From Sminthopsis crassicaudata (taxonomy: Eukaryota): DNA of 64,000 nt. Under the pieces are notes generated by a model. It made no database searches. It had not been told where the DNA came from and saw only the letters and a list, made by a program, of their open reading frames with translations. Shown here one piece after another: positions 49,994-63,099 of the stretch; the stretch's first letter is position 1; each line of letters opens with the position of its first letter. The DNA is taken from the NCBI RefSeq assembly GCF_048593235.1, contig NC_133617.1, positions 101,144,937 to 101,208,936 of the forward strand. The letters run 5' to 3'. The translations under genes were made by a program, and so were the position numbers.

Positions 49994-51080
49994 TGCTGTT
50001 TGCCCAGGGCATATTTTGTGGTACTTGTTCTCACTGTTAAAATTGCTGGTTGTAGCACTGTTGTCAAGTCTGGTAGAAAAAAAGCAAAATCACTGTTCAA
50101 TAATCAATTCGGAGTTCAGTCAGAAGTTCATTTGAAATATGAAATATTCTTCTATTTTACTGGCAAAGGGCAGCACAAGAAAAGCCTTCCCCTGTTTCTC
50201 TACTTTCCCCTGTTGTAGGTGAGTAGCAAAAATGTCATCATCAGAAAGCAGCAGTCACAGTGAACAGAACTGATGAGCTCCCTTGCTTATCAGTAGCTGG
50301 TTTTTCTGAAAACAAAATAGGAAAGTGCAGGCATTTTTTTCTCTTAGCAGAGAGATCAACAGTTAGGACACCTGCTCCTGCAGTTACCTTTAATAAGGAT
50401 GGTCACCTGGCAACAACACCAGTGAAGAGAGCAAACTTTCTTGGATGGGAGAGAAAAAAAAACCAGATTCACTATTCTTTCCATACTTGCAATGGCTATT
50501 GAAAATTCCACCAAGGACAGGTAATGTAGGATTTGGGGAATAATTTGTGTTGGCTTTTAGATATAATAATCATGGGGGCAGGGTGAGAAAGACCTGAAAA
50601 GGAACTGTTTCTACTCCATGAGTCTAGTGCATGAAGAACAGCAATACAGAGTAAACTTACATTGTTAACACAAATACACTTGGAGTCTTTCTAATAGGTC
50701 CTTTGACCTCTGACATAGGCACACCTGCCATAATAGCTGAAGCCTTAGAAGGGAGAACCATGGATACAGCTGATCATTGTCCAGCTTTGATGATATTTTA
50801 TGCCAAAGACCTCAAGCAACTTATAATGCATCCTGAGACAGAAAAAAAATCTTTGATAAAACACAGTAAACAAAGGTGGAAATGCACTCATATAGTCAAT
50901 CTCCCTTGAGTTGCTTGGACTGACTTTGCTTTTTATAAGTTGCCCATAAGTAGCTTCATAGCACAAAAAAGCCTAATGCCTTTTTTGTAGATGTGTGTGT
51001 GTGTATGTGTATAAGTATATATATACACATACATATATGTATTATATATTTATGGATGTGTATATGTTATATATGCACTT

Positions 51081-51082
<2 letters not shown>

Positions 51083-51121
<39 letters not shown>
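51083..51121. repeat. (AC)n microsatellite
   Basis: Direct observation. Confidence 0.95.
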
Positions 51122-51122
<1 letters not shown>

Positions 51123-51704
51123 TTATTTATTTATTTATTTTACACACATTGATTAGTCATGTTTGAGTCTTCCTGACCTCATTTGGAGTTTTCTTGGCAA
51201 AGATACTGGTGTAGTTTGCCTTCCTTTTTTCCAGCTCATCTTATAGATAAGGATTGGAGGCAAATGAGGTTAATTGATTTTCCAAAGTTCATACAGCTAG
51301 CAAGTTTCTGAGGGGAGATTTGAACTCAGGTTTTCCTGAATCCAGGCCCAATACTCTGTCCACTGTGCCACCTAGCTGCCACCTAATGCCTTTATTAGAA
51401 CTCTCTTAGAAGCTACTTTCTTTCTGTTCTCACTACTCAACTTTTTTTTTTTTTTTTGTATTTAAGTTTTAAATATATATATATTTTTAAAAAGGCAAAA
51501 CTAGAAAGCAGTAAATACAAGTTGTAGTGTGGTCAATTTGAGGAAAAACTGATAATTAGAACTGTTTCAGGTTTGCATGTATTGGGTTGGACATGTACTA
51601 GATTTTTTCCTTCTTGTCTTCCAACAGCTATTTGATCACATTAATGAGGTACGGGTGATTCCTATTCAACTATGGTTAGACTGGTGAGCCTCTGATGCCC
51701 CTTT

Positions 51705-52328
51705 GTTTTTTGTTTTGTTTTTTTTTTTTATTAATTATAGTTTTAATTTACCAGATATATGCATGGGTAATTTTACAACATTGACAATTGCCAAACCTTT
51801 TGTTCCAATTTTTCCCCTCCTTCCCCCTCCCTCAGATGGCAGATTGACCAATAACATATTAAATATGTTAAAGTATAAATTAAATACAATATGTGTATAC
51901 ATGTCCAAATAGTTGTTTTGGTGTACAAAAAGATTGGACTTTGAAACAGTGTACAATTAGCCTGTGAAAGAAATAAAAAATGCAGGTGGACAAAAATAGA
52001 GGGATTGGGAATTCTATGTAGTGGTTCATAGTCATCTCCCAGAGTTCTTTTGCTGGGTGTAGCTGGTTCAGTTCATTACTGCTTTATTGGAACTGATTTG
52101 GTTCATCTCATTGTTGAAGAGGGCCACGTCCATCAGAATTGATCTATAATGATCTCCTGGTCCTGCTCATTTCACTCAGCATCAGATCGTGTAAAGTCTC
52201 TCCAGGCCTTTCTGTACTCATCCTGTTGGTCATTTCTTACAGAAAAATAAAATTCCATAATATTCATATACCACAATTTATTCAGCCATTCTCCAATTGA
52301 TGGGCATCCACTTAGTCTCCAGTTTCTG
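51705..52328 (-). mobile_element. Young 5'-truncated L1 (ORF2 C-terminus + 3'UTR)
   Basis: ORF 52172..52372(-) contains NWRLSGCPSIGEWLNKLWYMNIMEFYFSVRNDQQDEYRKAWRD. TSD core ATGCCCCTTT at 51695-51704 and 52332-52341. Confidence 0.93.
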
Positions 52329-53248
52329 CTAATGCCCCTTTCTAATTTTGAAACAAACACTATGTTTTCCAAATCAATGACAAAGAAATATAAAAATAAA
52401 TAAAATATAAATCCATGCTTATAGTATACAGTATAAAACTAGATAAAGATAGATTTATTGAGACTGTAATGTTGGAAAAGTGTCCCAGGCGGGGTGTGAT
52501 AAAAGGGGGGGTTTGAACTGTAGCCAAGAAAATTAGGTTTGAATGCTAGATATGTTACTTTTTACACTTAGATTCTTGGGCAATTCATTTGATGAATAAA
52601 GGAGAGTAGTTCTGTATCAGATGACTTCAGGTTGTTACAGTCTACTCCAGGGATGAGTTGAGGAGGAAATTTACCACTAATTAATTTGACATTTATTCTG
52701 TTTCAAAGTAACCAGTGGAAAGTAACAATAAGGGTAACATTGCCACTTCAGAAATAACTTTAATCTTCAAGATTCGTCTACAACCAAATACTAACCTTTC
52801 TAAGTCAAACAGTGGTACTATGGAAAAAACACAAGATTGGAGTCAATGAATCTGGATTCTAATTCCAATTCCATTATAACTCACTGAACAGTGTGACATT
52901 GAGCAAGTCATTCTACTTCCACAGACCTGAGTTTCTTCATCTATAAGATGAATTAATTATTGTAGATTTTTTTTCGTGCTTTTTTTGTATGATTTCATCA
53001 CTTTTAAGAAATGCAAGTGAAGAAACTCCCTCTCCAAATAGAGGTCAGCAACTGTTCTTAAATTTAAAATCTTACAGAGGTATCTGAGAAACTAAAAATC
53101 TTAAGAGACTTGTCTGGGTTTGGACAGGAATAAGTATTAGAGGCTGAATTTTAATTCACATCTTTTTGTTGTTGTTGTTGAAAGCTATTTATCTACTGCA
53201 TCATAACCATTAGTTATGGAAAACTTTTGTACTTGAAATATATCTCAG

Positions 53249-53375
53249 AGGGTGCAGCTGGATGGCAAAGTGGTTAGAGTATGAGCCTTGGAGTCAGGAG
53301 GACTTGAGTTCAAATCCAGGTTTCATATACTTAATAACTGTGTGACCCTGGGCAAGTCACTTAACTTCAATTGCC
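53249..53375 (+). mobile_element. tRNA/CORE SINE followed by CA/TA-rich simple repeat (53375-53520)
   Basis: GGGTGCAGCTGGATGGCAAAGTGG...GAGTTCAAATCC...GTGACCCTGGGCAAGTCACTTAAC. Confidence 0.85.
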
Positions 53376-54485
53376 ACACACATACATGTGCATGTATATG
53401 TGTGTATACATGTATGTGTACATATATACACACACATACATAGCTCACATATGTACAGCATATATATCACATAGGTACAATATGTGTGTGTGTATGTGTG
53501 AGGGTGCACATGCACATGTCATTTTTCACTGCTTGGGAAATACTTGCCTAATTGATCTCTGAGTAATCTTCCTTCTCTGAGTCTGTGAATAATCTTTTCT
53601 GTAAAATAGAAAAACTTGACATGAGTATCCATGTTACATAAAGCTGAAAGATCTCAGTGTTGTTTCAGCCATTGTATAGCAAGAATCTTCCCCAGAGCCA
53701 TCACCTTGCTGTTACTAGTCTCTTCCTGCTGTGTTTCTATTTTTGTAGCATGTAACTCTCCCTCCCTTTCTGGATTGTAGCCAAAGAAGAGCTTCCAAAC
53801 TGATGTTAAGAGCAGAGAGACTGTGGTTGAAAATATAAGAAAAAAACAAACAAGAAGAAAGAAGAAGACAGGTGGTAGACTGAGTCAGAAGATAACTGGA
53901 AAAGTCAAGATTAGAAATATAAACTTAAGGACAGTTTTATAAGATGTGAGAAAAAAAAGAAATGGAAAAATTAATTTCACTATCAAGAAAATTAAGAAAA
54001 ATGACCTATATTGAGCATAGAAGAAGTGAAGATGTTCATCCTCTTATAGCATCAGCATCATTGACAGTTCTGTGGCACTTTTAGCATTTAAAAACATCCT
54101 CTCTAGGATGAAATAAGCAACATTGTACAATGAATTGATAAAGTACTGCATTTGGAATCAGGATGACAGGTTCAAAACCTGGTTCTAATACTGCCTAATT
54201 CCATTTTATTCTTGGTGAAATTGAGGCAAAAATGACTTTTTCCCATTGTTATATATCTAGTCAGTATCAGTTCTCAGACTAAAACTTAGGTCTTCTGAAT
54301 ACTGATCTAGTTTTCATTCCACTGCAATAAGCTGCATAGTGAATAATAATAATACTAGCTCACATTATGACACTAAAGTGTGGTTTACAAAATATTTTCC
54401 TGATAATAACTCTGGGAGGCAGATTGTATGAGTCTTTATTACTCTTATAGAGGAAAATGGGAAGAAGTGCTTTTTGTTGGAATTT

Positions 54486-54487
<2 letters not shown>

Positions 54488-54564
<77 letters not shown>
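54488..54564. repeat. (TA)38 microsatellite
   Basis: 77-nt perfect tract. Confidence 0.98.
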
Positions 54565-54566
<2 letters not shown>

Positions 54567-55349
54567 TAAGACTTCACTTATCAGGCTAAGTGATATAGCA
54601 GCATTTGAACTCAAGTCTTTGGAAGTCAGGGCCAGTGTAATTTCTACCATGTCGTTATGGAATTCTGATCATGCAGGTGGGGGTAAAGGGAAGACACTAC
54701 ATTACCCAGTGTTTCCAGGGTTCATTGTCTCTGATTCAGAGAATGAACCAGTGCCTTTGTGTTCCTCTAAGTTGGTAATACTACATGTTATTTCTGTAGG
54801 TCTGGAACTCCCTCAACACCTCCTGAAAGGGAAAATTGAATCAGCAAATTAGTCAGCATGATGCTATACATATGGATGAATGATTTTGTGATTCTTTTTT
54901 ATCCTTTCTGGATTTCTTTGGACTTTACCTCTTTTACAGAGGCTGTTGTTGATGTAGTGGAAGGAAAATTGGGCCAGGAGTCAGAAACAGAATCACATTT
55001 GGGAAGGATGTCAGACTATCTAGGCAGAAGACCAGAAAGTTAGAGGCAAAAAGGCCTTGAGAGCTCATCTAACCCACTTTTTTTTTTCTGTCTTTTTGGC
55101 AGTTGGGTGAAGTCTTTGAACCCTTTATTTAAATAGTATTTGTATTTTTTAGAATAATATTTTAAAATACATAGAGAGGAACAAAGAAAACCAATTCTAT
55201 TGAACTAAAGATATGATTCTTTTCCTCCCAAAATTCATAGACTTCCTGAAATATATTCATGTACTCCATGGATGCTAGGTTAAGAATCCCTGATTTATCC
55301 CAATATCTTCATTTTATTGAAAGTAAATGAAATTGCATCTTCTCCAGGG

Positions 55350-55608
55350 TCAGATTGAGTTTTGCCTAAGTCAAACCGAGACATGTTAAACACCTTAGCT
55401 TAAAAAGGCCAGTCTCCCTCTATATCCAGGGCTATCTCCAGTTGGCCTGATCAATACCTTGTCATGGGATCCAGATGACTCTGCAAAAGAAAATGAGGCA
55501 GATGACTTTCCACAGCCCTTCCTTACTTAAATCTAATTTACTTGCATGCTATGACCTCACCTCCTGATGTCATGGTCCTCTTCAAGAATGAAAGACAAAC
55601 AACAACAA
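55350..55608 (+). mobile_element. RTE-tailed marsupial SINE (WALLSI/RTESINE-like); preceded by hAT MITE ~55075-55292
   Basis: CCTTAGCTTAAAAAGGCC...GGATCCAGATGACTCTG...CTCCTGATGTCATGGTCCTCTTCAAGAATGAAAGACAAACAACAAC. Confidence 0.75.
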
Positions 55609-58533
55609 AATCCCATCTTTTACTTGAAATTTTCCTTAGCCTTTCTTCCCAATGCTTTTACTCTGTCAGTTATCTTCTGTTTATCTTGAGTACTACATAG
55701 TAGGTGCTTAACAAGTATTGTTTGATTGATTGACAGAGTTTGGACAAAGCACTTAACCTCTCTGGACCTCCCCTTTGTTATTTGTAAAGTGAGGGGCTAG
55801 GATTAGAGATGACCTTTAAGGTTCTTTCTACTTCCAAATCTAGGCTTTTCTGATATCAAATCATTCTTTAAACTTTGGTTTCCTTACCTATAATATTATA
55901 TTTAGTGTAAGAGGGTATTGTAAAGATCAAAGGAGATAGAACTTTATTATCCTAAAGAGGTGATATTAATGCCACTTATTATTACTTAAGTACATTTGAA
56001 CTTGTTTCAATTTCCCAAACATCATTGGGTGTCTACTATAATCAAAGCCCTATGTTAGGAGCTAGAAGTATAAAAACAAAAATAGTCCCTATCCCCAAGA
56101 ACTTTACATTATATACAAGAACTATACAATTAGGTGAGAGTTGCAAAATATATATTAACTGTTGAGAAATCTTTCTCACAGTGGCATGGGAAAATAAAAG
56201 ATATAGAACATATTTCATGACACATCTCATTGGGTGATATTGCCATGTAAAGCATTTGGAATGTTAAATACCTATTGTATGGCATTATTCAATAGTGTCA
56301 AGTTAACTGTGTGTTGTTTATCAAAAAATTTAAGTCTGTCCTAGTCAATTTATATTCATTTCTAAATGCAAAGTAAGCCTTTTTATTTATAGGATAAATA
56401 ATAAAATTCAAGTTTATTCTCCAACCATTTTTGTAGTTAGAATGACTTCATTAATTGAATGTGTAATTAGCTTTTGTCTTAATTCCCCAAATAAGTGAAG
56501 GAAAAGCAGATATTATGATATTTGGTCCATTTTCCCACTTCACATTGGGTTGAAAAGACACAGCCTAGATGCTCTTAAAACTTAGAACATCGTTCCCAGC
56601 ATAGCTATGTGTCTAAGTTTCCATGTATCATTCTCAGAACAAAAACAAAATAAAGAAGTCTGGGAGAGGTCGCCTGTTGCTTCCAAATTGAAGTCAGCTG
56701 AGGCAAATCTTAAAACCAGAGACCGAGAAAAAGCAACCAAAATTAATGTAGTTTATGGATTCTGCAAACCACATTTTCTAGTTTAATAATATTTAAAGGG
56801 ACAGAATTCCTGATGGGTTCATATCAAATAGAGAGATCTTGGGGATAAAGAGGAGAAAGATTTTCTTCAAGTAATAGTCTATCAAATAGGAATTTTTCTC
56901 ATCAGACCATAAAATGTGAAGGAACTCTAATTAGTAATAATTCCAACCCTCTCATATATTACAGAAGAAGAAACTGAGGTCTAGAAAGGATCCTAAGATT
57001 ACCCAGGCAATGAGTCATAGAGTTAGAATTTAGACCTTAATGTTCAGATTCTAATGCTAGTGATTTTGCCATATACCACAAAGTTGCTTCTTCTTTCCAT
57101 AACTGAAAGAACCACTCTACCACTCATTCAGCCAAAATTAAATTAAGAGCACTGTGTACCAAAAGTCATATCAGGAGCCCCAGGAAAATCCAAGAACAAT
57201 AATAGACATGGTCTCTGTACTCAAAAACTTATGAAGATGAGACATGTATTATGCTTTAGTAATAATCATGCTGATGGATATGATAATGTCAAAAGATTTG
57301 CTTTCAGCTCTGTGCTTAAATCATGGATGCCATCTTCATTAACAAAGTAATGCTGGGTTTAACTTTTTAGATTTGCTAGTAACAAATCCCAGGAATGAAT
57401 GATGTGACTTCTAACAGTTAAATTGATTTCACCACAGACTTTTTATAAATGAAAACTTTTGCATCTTGATTTAATATTGTATAAATATACAGGACCTGCA
57501 ATATGTGCCTTAAACCAGGTGACTAGATAGACAAGACAAACTCTCAGCCATAGTCCATCTTCCTCTACCTTCCAAGGATTCTGTGTTTATGGGGACAGAG
57601 ACCTGTTTGATCTTGACTTAAAGATTTGACTCATTTTATGTCTTTGCCCCAACCCCAAAATTTTGGTTCTGGGAAAATCTCCTAAAAAATCATAGTTATG
57701 ACTTTGAAGGTAGGTTTCCCATTATTTAACTAGGTCCTCTGTCCTGTGGAGGGAATATAACTCTTATTTTATTGAACACAGAATGTGGATAACATGCAAA
57801 ATACTTACCAAAGCCTGTAAACAAATATAGAAACTTATAAAGCACTCAAATACCTCAGTGGCTTCATTGGATCAGGCTCCCTATAGAAACTAAATACACA
57901 TTGTGGGCTTACGAATCAATATTTCTCATTCACCTTGGATCTGCACCATCTAAACAACTTATAGTACTACTAGGGTTGGCATGCTTTCCCTTGACATGGC
58001 TTTAGTTCTACAGTATTAGGAGAATCTTCTCTTGAGCACCTTTTTCTTCTCCAAACATGATGTCAAATAAATCTATCTCAGATATCCAATTCTTGATCTT
58101 TTAGGAATCCTATAATTTATATGGAAAGCATATATGGGGCATCTCTTATTTTTGCCAGTGTGGAAAGGGGGAAGGGGAAGCTCTGCTAACTATTGCCTAA
58201 TAGTAAATTGTCTAAGAGAACCAGAATAGAAACTATTAAATATTTAAGGTGTATTGTAGCTCTTGTGTACATGCTTTAAGTGTAAGGTAGTATTCTAAAC
58301 CAACAAATCAAGGGAAGAAAATAATCATAAACAATCCTTGACATCTGCTGAGGTCCTTTCATTCCTAAAATTTCAAAGGATATATCACTTAAAGCCTCTT
58401 TCTGGCAGACTAATAATACAAATCAGGAAATTGGGACTGTTTCTATCCCCAGATAATAGGAGGGAATTAAGATAGGGAGATAATGAGTTCATTGTGAATT
58501 TGAGCTTAAAAAATCAAAACTGGTGTTCTTAAT

Positions 58534-58678
58534 CTCCGCCCCCCCCCTTAGGCTGGGGTTAAGTGACTTGCCCTGGGTCACACAGCTAGGAAGTATTAAG
58601 TGTCTGAGATCACATTTGAACTCAGGTCCTCCTGAATTCAGGGCTGGTGCTCTATCCACTGTGCCACCTAGCTGTCCC
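58534..58678 (-). mobile_element. WSINE1-type SINE with G-rich instead of A-rich tail
   Basis: The body is near-identical to the other copies. TSD CTTAAT at 58528-58533 and 58679-58684. Confidence 0.9.
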
Positions 58679-58849
58679 CTTAATTTTTTTTTAACAAACA
58701 AAACCCCAAACCAAAAATTCATTTAAGAGAAAACTCTATATTTTATATTCCATCTCAAAAGCTAGAATTATAGAATGTTCAAATCGGGCATCTTTGCAAA
58801 TATAGAATGATAAAACAGTATCAAAACTGAAAGGTCTCTCAAACATATA

Positions 58850-59420
58850 ATTAATTTTTAAAATTTTTATGTGAAATTAATCATCCACAAACATTTTAGT
58901 ATATATAGAACAAAAAGAATTTGCTTATGAAACCATGCACTTCTGTATGTAGTTAATTTTTTAAAGGATACATCAGTGAATAGAGTACTAGGTCCAGGAG
59001 GACCTGAGTTCAAAACCAGTCACAGACACTTGATACTTAGTAACCATATGATGCTTGGCAAGTCACATTTCCTATTGCCTTACCAAAAGAAGTATACATT
59101 AAATTGAACAAAATAGTAACAGGATTATCCTATAATTTTCTTTTATTTTCCTATGTGTATTTTAAATATTTTATTGAGCTTCTTTGTTAACTCTATCACC
59201 AATGTCTAACTCCTACCTTACCTCATCTCTTAAAAGATCATTCCATTATGACAAAGAAGTACTATAAAGTCATACAAAACAAACCAATCTGTTGTCCAGG
59301 TCTAAAAATATGTCTCATTCTGCCCTTCTAATCTGTAACAATTTTGCTAAATTATGGGAGACAGGTTTCATCATCATGAATCTTCTGAAATAATTACATA
59401 GAATATTTTATCAAAATGTT
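58850..59420 (-). mobile_element. Old L1-type 3' remnant containing a CORE SINE (~58975-59085)
   Basis: Antisense L1 3'UTR-like motifs; the SINE has GGAGGACCTGAGTTCAAA and CORE. Confidence 0.5.
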
Positions 59421-61889
59421 TTTATTGTCAGGGTCAAAGAACCCTGAATTTGAATGCTGGAAGGGACTTTAGAACATAAAATGTTATTGATAGAATAGTT
59501 CTTAGACCATAGAGTAGTAGATTATATAGAGTGTTAGATATGGAAGGAACATCAGAGATTAACACTTGAGAAAACTTAGACCCACAGAAATGATTTGTCC
59601 AAAAATCACACCAGTAGTGAGATAGTCAATACTTGAATCCAGAATTTCTGGCTCTCAATCTAGTATTCTTTCCATTATCTCATATTTCTTCATCTTGAGA
59701 GTAAGACAACTTATGCTTTCTGCACACTCTACTTGGTTTCATGAGCCCTTATTTTATCTATTGATACCTAGCACTGGCTTTCACTTGATGGAAGGTAAAG
59801 TGGGTATTTGATGTCTTATCAAATGAGTGCACTATGGTCAGTGGTAGTAGCATCAAGTGATAAATCAAAATGATTTTATTATCACCCACTTTACATTAAA
59901 GGAAATGTAATGCAGGAGTGGTTAGCAAAGGAATCAGATAATGCCACGATTCTTGGTGCTGGCAAAAAAACCTTAGTTTATTCAAATCAGTAAGGTTGTT
60001 TCCTATTAATGTGAATAATTGTACAGGTACAGTAAATTTATCATAGATAAGAAATTCTTTCCTAACTGTATGCATTTTGATTTTATTAATCTCAAGAGGA
60101 GAACTTCTACGCTTCTGGTAAATGCTATTCAGTGGTTTGAGTTTTCAGTGTTGAAAACAGGATGGCCCAGGACACTGATAATGGCATCACAGGTCAGTTG
60201 TGATTGAATGTCATCATCATCTGATAGCCTTAGAATTTTTTCTTGCTTATAAGTTCTTGAGCTCAATGTACCTCCCTGATAGCTGGTCTTATGTGCACAC
60301 ACACATTTATACACACACTCACACACACCTCAAAGGAATCTTTAGTGGAAGTGGTATAAATCCAGCAGTGAGAAGATGACAGCCCAGAAAAGGCTGGGGT
60401 GGGAGTAGGTATGGAAGTGGAGAGTCGATGGGGGCAGAAAAGAATACAGCTTTGCCATAGAATGAGGCTGCAAAATTGGAAACTTCCATCCATTAGCTAT
60501 CTGTTTAAAATTTCTATAACTTCTAGGACTGTGGCTTATGTGAGCATTGTATCTCCACAGTGCTTAGCAGAATGTAACACACATATTAGGCAATTCATAA
60601 ATATTTATTGAATGAATTAATGAGTGAGTGAATGGATCCTGTATCATGAATTCTGAATCCTGTAAATTTTTCTGTGATTGTCTTCTACTTTTCCTGTACT
60701 TCCCATGAAACTATAACAAATACCAAAAATTAGTTAGGCTTCAGAGAAACACATACACCCATTTTACTGTATGAGCCTTTGACTTTAAGCCTATCAAAAG
60801 GGTGGTAATCAGACTTGGGTAAAAAGTATTGGTGATCAAAAACTGAAGAGATAAAAATGTATTCAAAATTCCAAACCTACAGAGAATGAGGAAATCTGGA
60901 TATAGCTATGGTGTTGGAGTTAATGAAGCTTTTAACTCTACCTTTAACCATTAACTTTTTTTTTAATTTGGTAACTTTGAATGGAACTATCTTAAAATAC
61001 CTTCCAAACCTCTTTGCCTTTTAAAAATAGAAGAAAGTAATGATCTCTAGGTTTCAGGAGCTCATAGAAGTGTGGCTCCTCCGTTTACATAGCTTTTCTG
61101 CTTACTTAATTGTGTAAGTTGCTAGTAGGTAGTAGTTAGTACTTTCTACTATAACAGCTCCTCTTTTCAGTTAAAATTGACTTTGTACTAATTATTATAT
61201 TCATTGGGATAAAGTAAGAGTTAATAGGCTGTAAATGAGGACCCAGTAGATTTTTCTATGAGTATATGAACTTTAATGAATCAAACTTGTGACTTTTATT
61301 ATGGCTTCTAAAATGTCTTTGGGATGAGGGTTGATTCATAAATTTTCCCTCTAGTTACTGTATAGCTGAGTTCTATGCAGATGAGGAGTTAAATTATTCT
61401 CTCTGTCTGCAATTATCTTTTTAATCATTGACAAACATTTACTACAAAAAAACAATAGAATCCCTACTTTCTGAGATTTTATGCAGGGATAGGAATAGTT
61501 CTTGTAATTTCATTGGTATAAAGAACTCTCATATGAGGAGACATCTCTATTAATGCAGTTTGACATATTCTTTGCCACTTAGTGTCTCAAAAAACACTGA
61601 AGTTAATTTCCCATGAGAACACAGACAGTCCACATCAGAGATGGATCTTGATTCCATATCTTACTAGATGTAAGGTCAATTTCTATCCCACTATTTCACT
61701 TTTGAGTTTTGAAATAACATATATCTACATATAGCTAAGTTAAACATATGTTTGTGTTATATATGCATATATACATACTTCACCCCAAAAAATCTTGACA
61801 CATGAACAGATTATAATGGAAAGAGAACTAGGCTTAAATGTCAAGCCTAATAGTTGGCAGTGAATTGTGGGGGAAATATCTGAGTTGGA

Positions 61890-62140
61890 GTCAAGAGTAT
61901 GTTGGAGCCCTCTCAAACCATCGAGTTAATTAAAAGTTTCGTTGTGAGCATTTATACCTTAAAAATCAGTAAACAATACATCAAGTCCAGGACTTGATGT
62001 ATTAATTTTTGGACAGGCTAGATTTAAGAAACTTTTTAAAGAATATGTTAATATTGGAATTTAAAATTTAATTAATATTAGAAATTTTAAAATCACCCCT
62101 TACCTGTAGCCCAGTGTAAAACATTTGCCAGCACATGGGT
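61890..62140. mobile_element. hAT-Tip100-like DNA transposon remnant
   Basis: GTGAGCATTTATACC...AAAACATTTGCCAGCACA resembles recalled Tip100-group MITE consensus ends; not verified. Confidence 0.45.
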
Positions 62141-62244
62141 GATTAGAGTCATAAATCTGATTTACTAGCTGTGTGAGTTTAGACTCATTCCATATTTTGG
62201 GGTATATTTCTTCTTATATAAAATAAGGAAGTTGAACAAGAGCA

Positions 62245-62459
62245 ACCTTTTTCCAAATATGATCTGAGGAACCCAGGACTCCTTGGATAAATAAGTTCCA
62301 AATATTTTTATAGCAACATGAAGACTTTTAAGTTTCTAATATGTTAAATATAGATAGATATAACTAAGCCACATAAGTAAAAGCTTTTATGGGGGGAAGC
62401 CCTCAATAATTTTTAAGAGTGTAAAGGGGTGTTGAGACCAAATATTTTGAGAATTGCTG
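62245..62459. mobile_element. hAT-Charlie-type fragment
   Basis: CCTCAATAATTTTTAAGAGTGTAAAGGGGTGTTGAGACC...TTTGAGAATTGCTG, the reverse-orientation relative of 11409-11887. Confidence 0.7.
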
Positions 62460-63099
62460 ATTTAGATGATCAGCAAGGCTCTTTCCAGTTCTAATAGTTA
62501 ATGAATCTGGGGAAAGGGCTGAGGAAGCAGAGAAAAAGAGATTACTCTTGTCATATAAATAATAAAATAAATAAAATAAAGACTCTTGTTTTGGATTATC
62601 CATAAGATTAATTCCATTCATTAAATCATATAGATTATCTTAGATAGGAATATGAGGAATGGATGAGGGGAAGCTCTTTTCTCTCCATTGATATCAATAA
62701 TAGGTTAAGTGGTAACAGAGAATGGTAAGGAATACACAAAATAATATTGTTCTTGCCACAACATGACTCTATGCACAAAACACTGAGTTGTAAATAATAC
62801 AATAGCTAATAAAACTTATGTATTCCTTTTATAAACATGCTGTTCTTTTGCTATTTCAGGCAGAGAGAGGCTCCCATTTCTCTTTCACAATCATTATCCA
62901 TAGTTAAATTACTTTCTGGCTTCCAAAACAATTTTGACATTTTATACTATTGCATTGATACCCTTAACCCTAGGGTTATTTTAAAAGCATAGAAGCCAGT
63001 GAGTATTTTCTTGTTTTCTATTCAGAATAGACTCTTTCTCCTCTTCCTTAAAATTTCACAAGACTGGATCAGGACATTATTTTTCCAAAAACGAACTTT

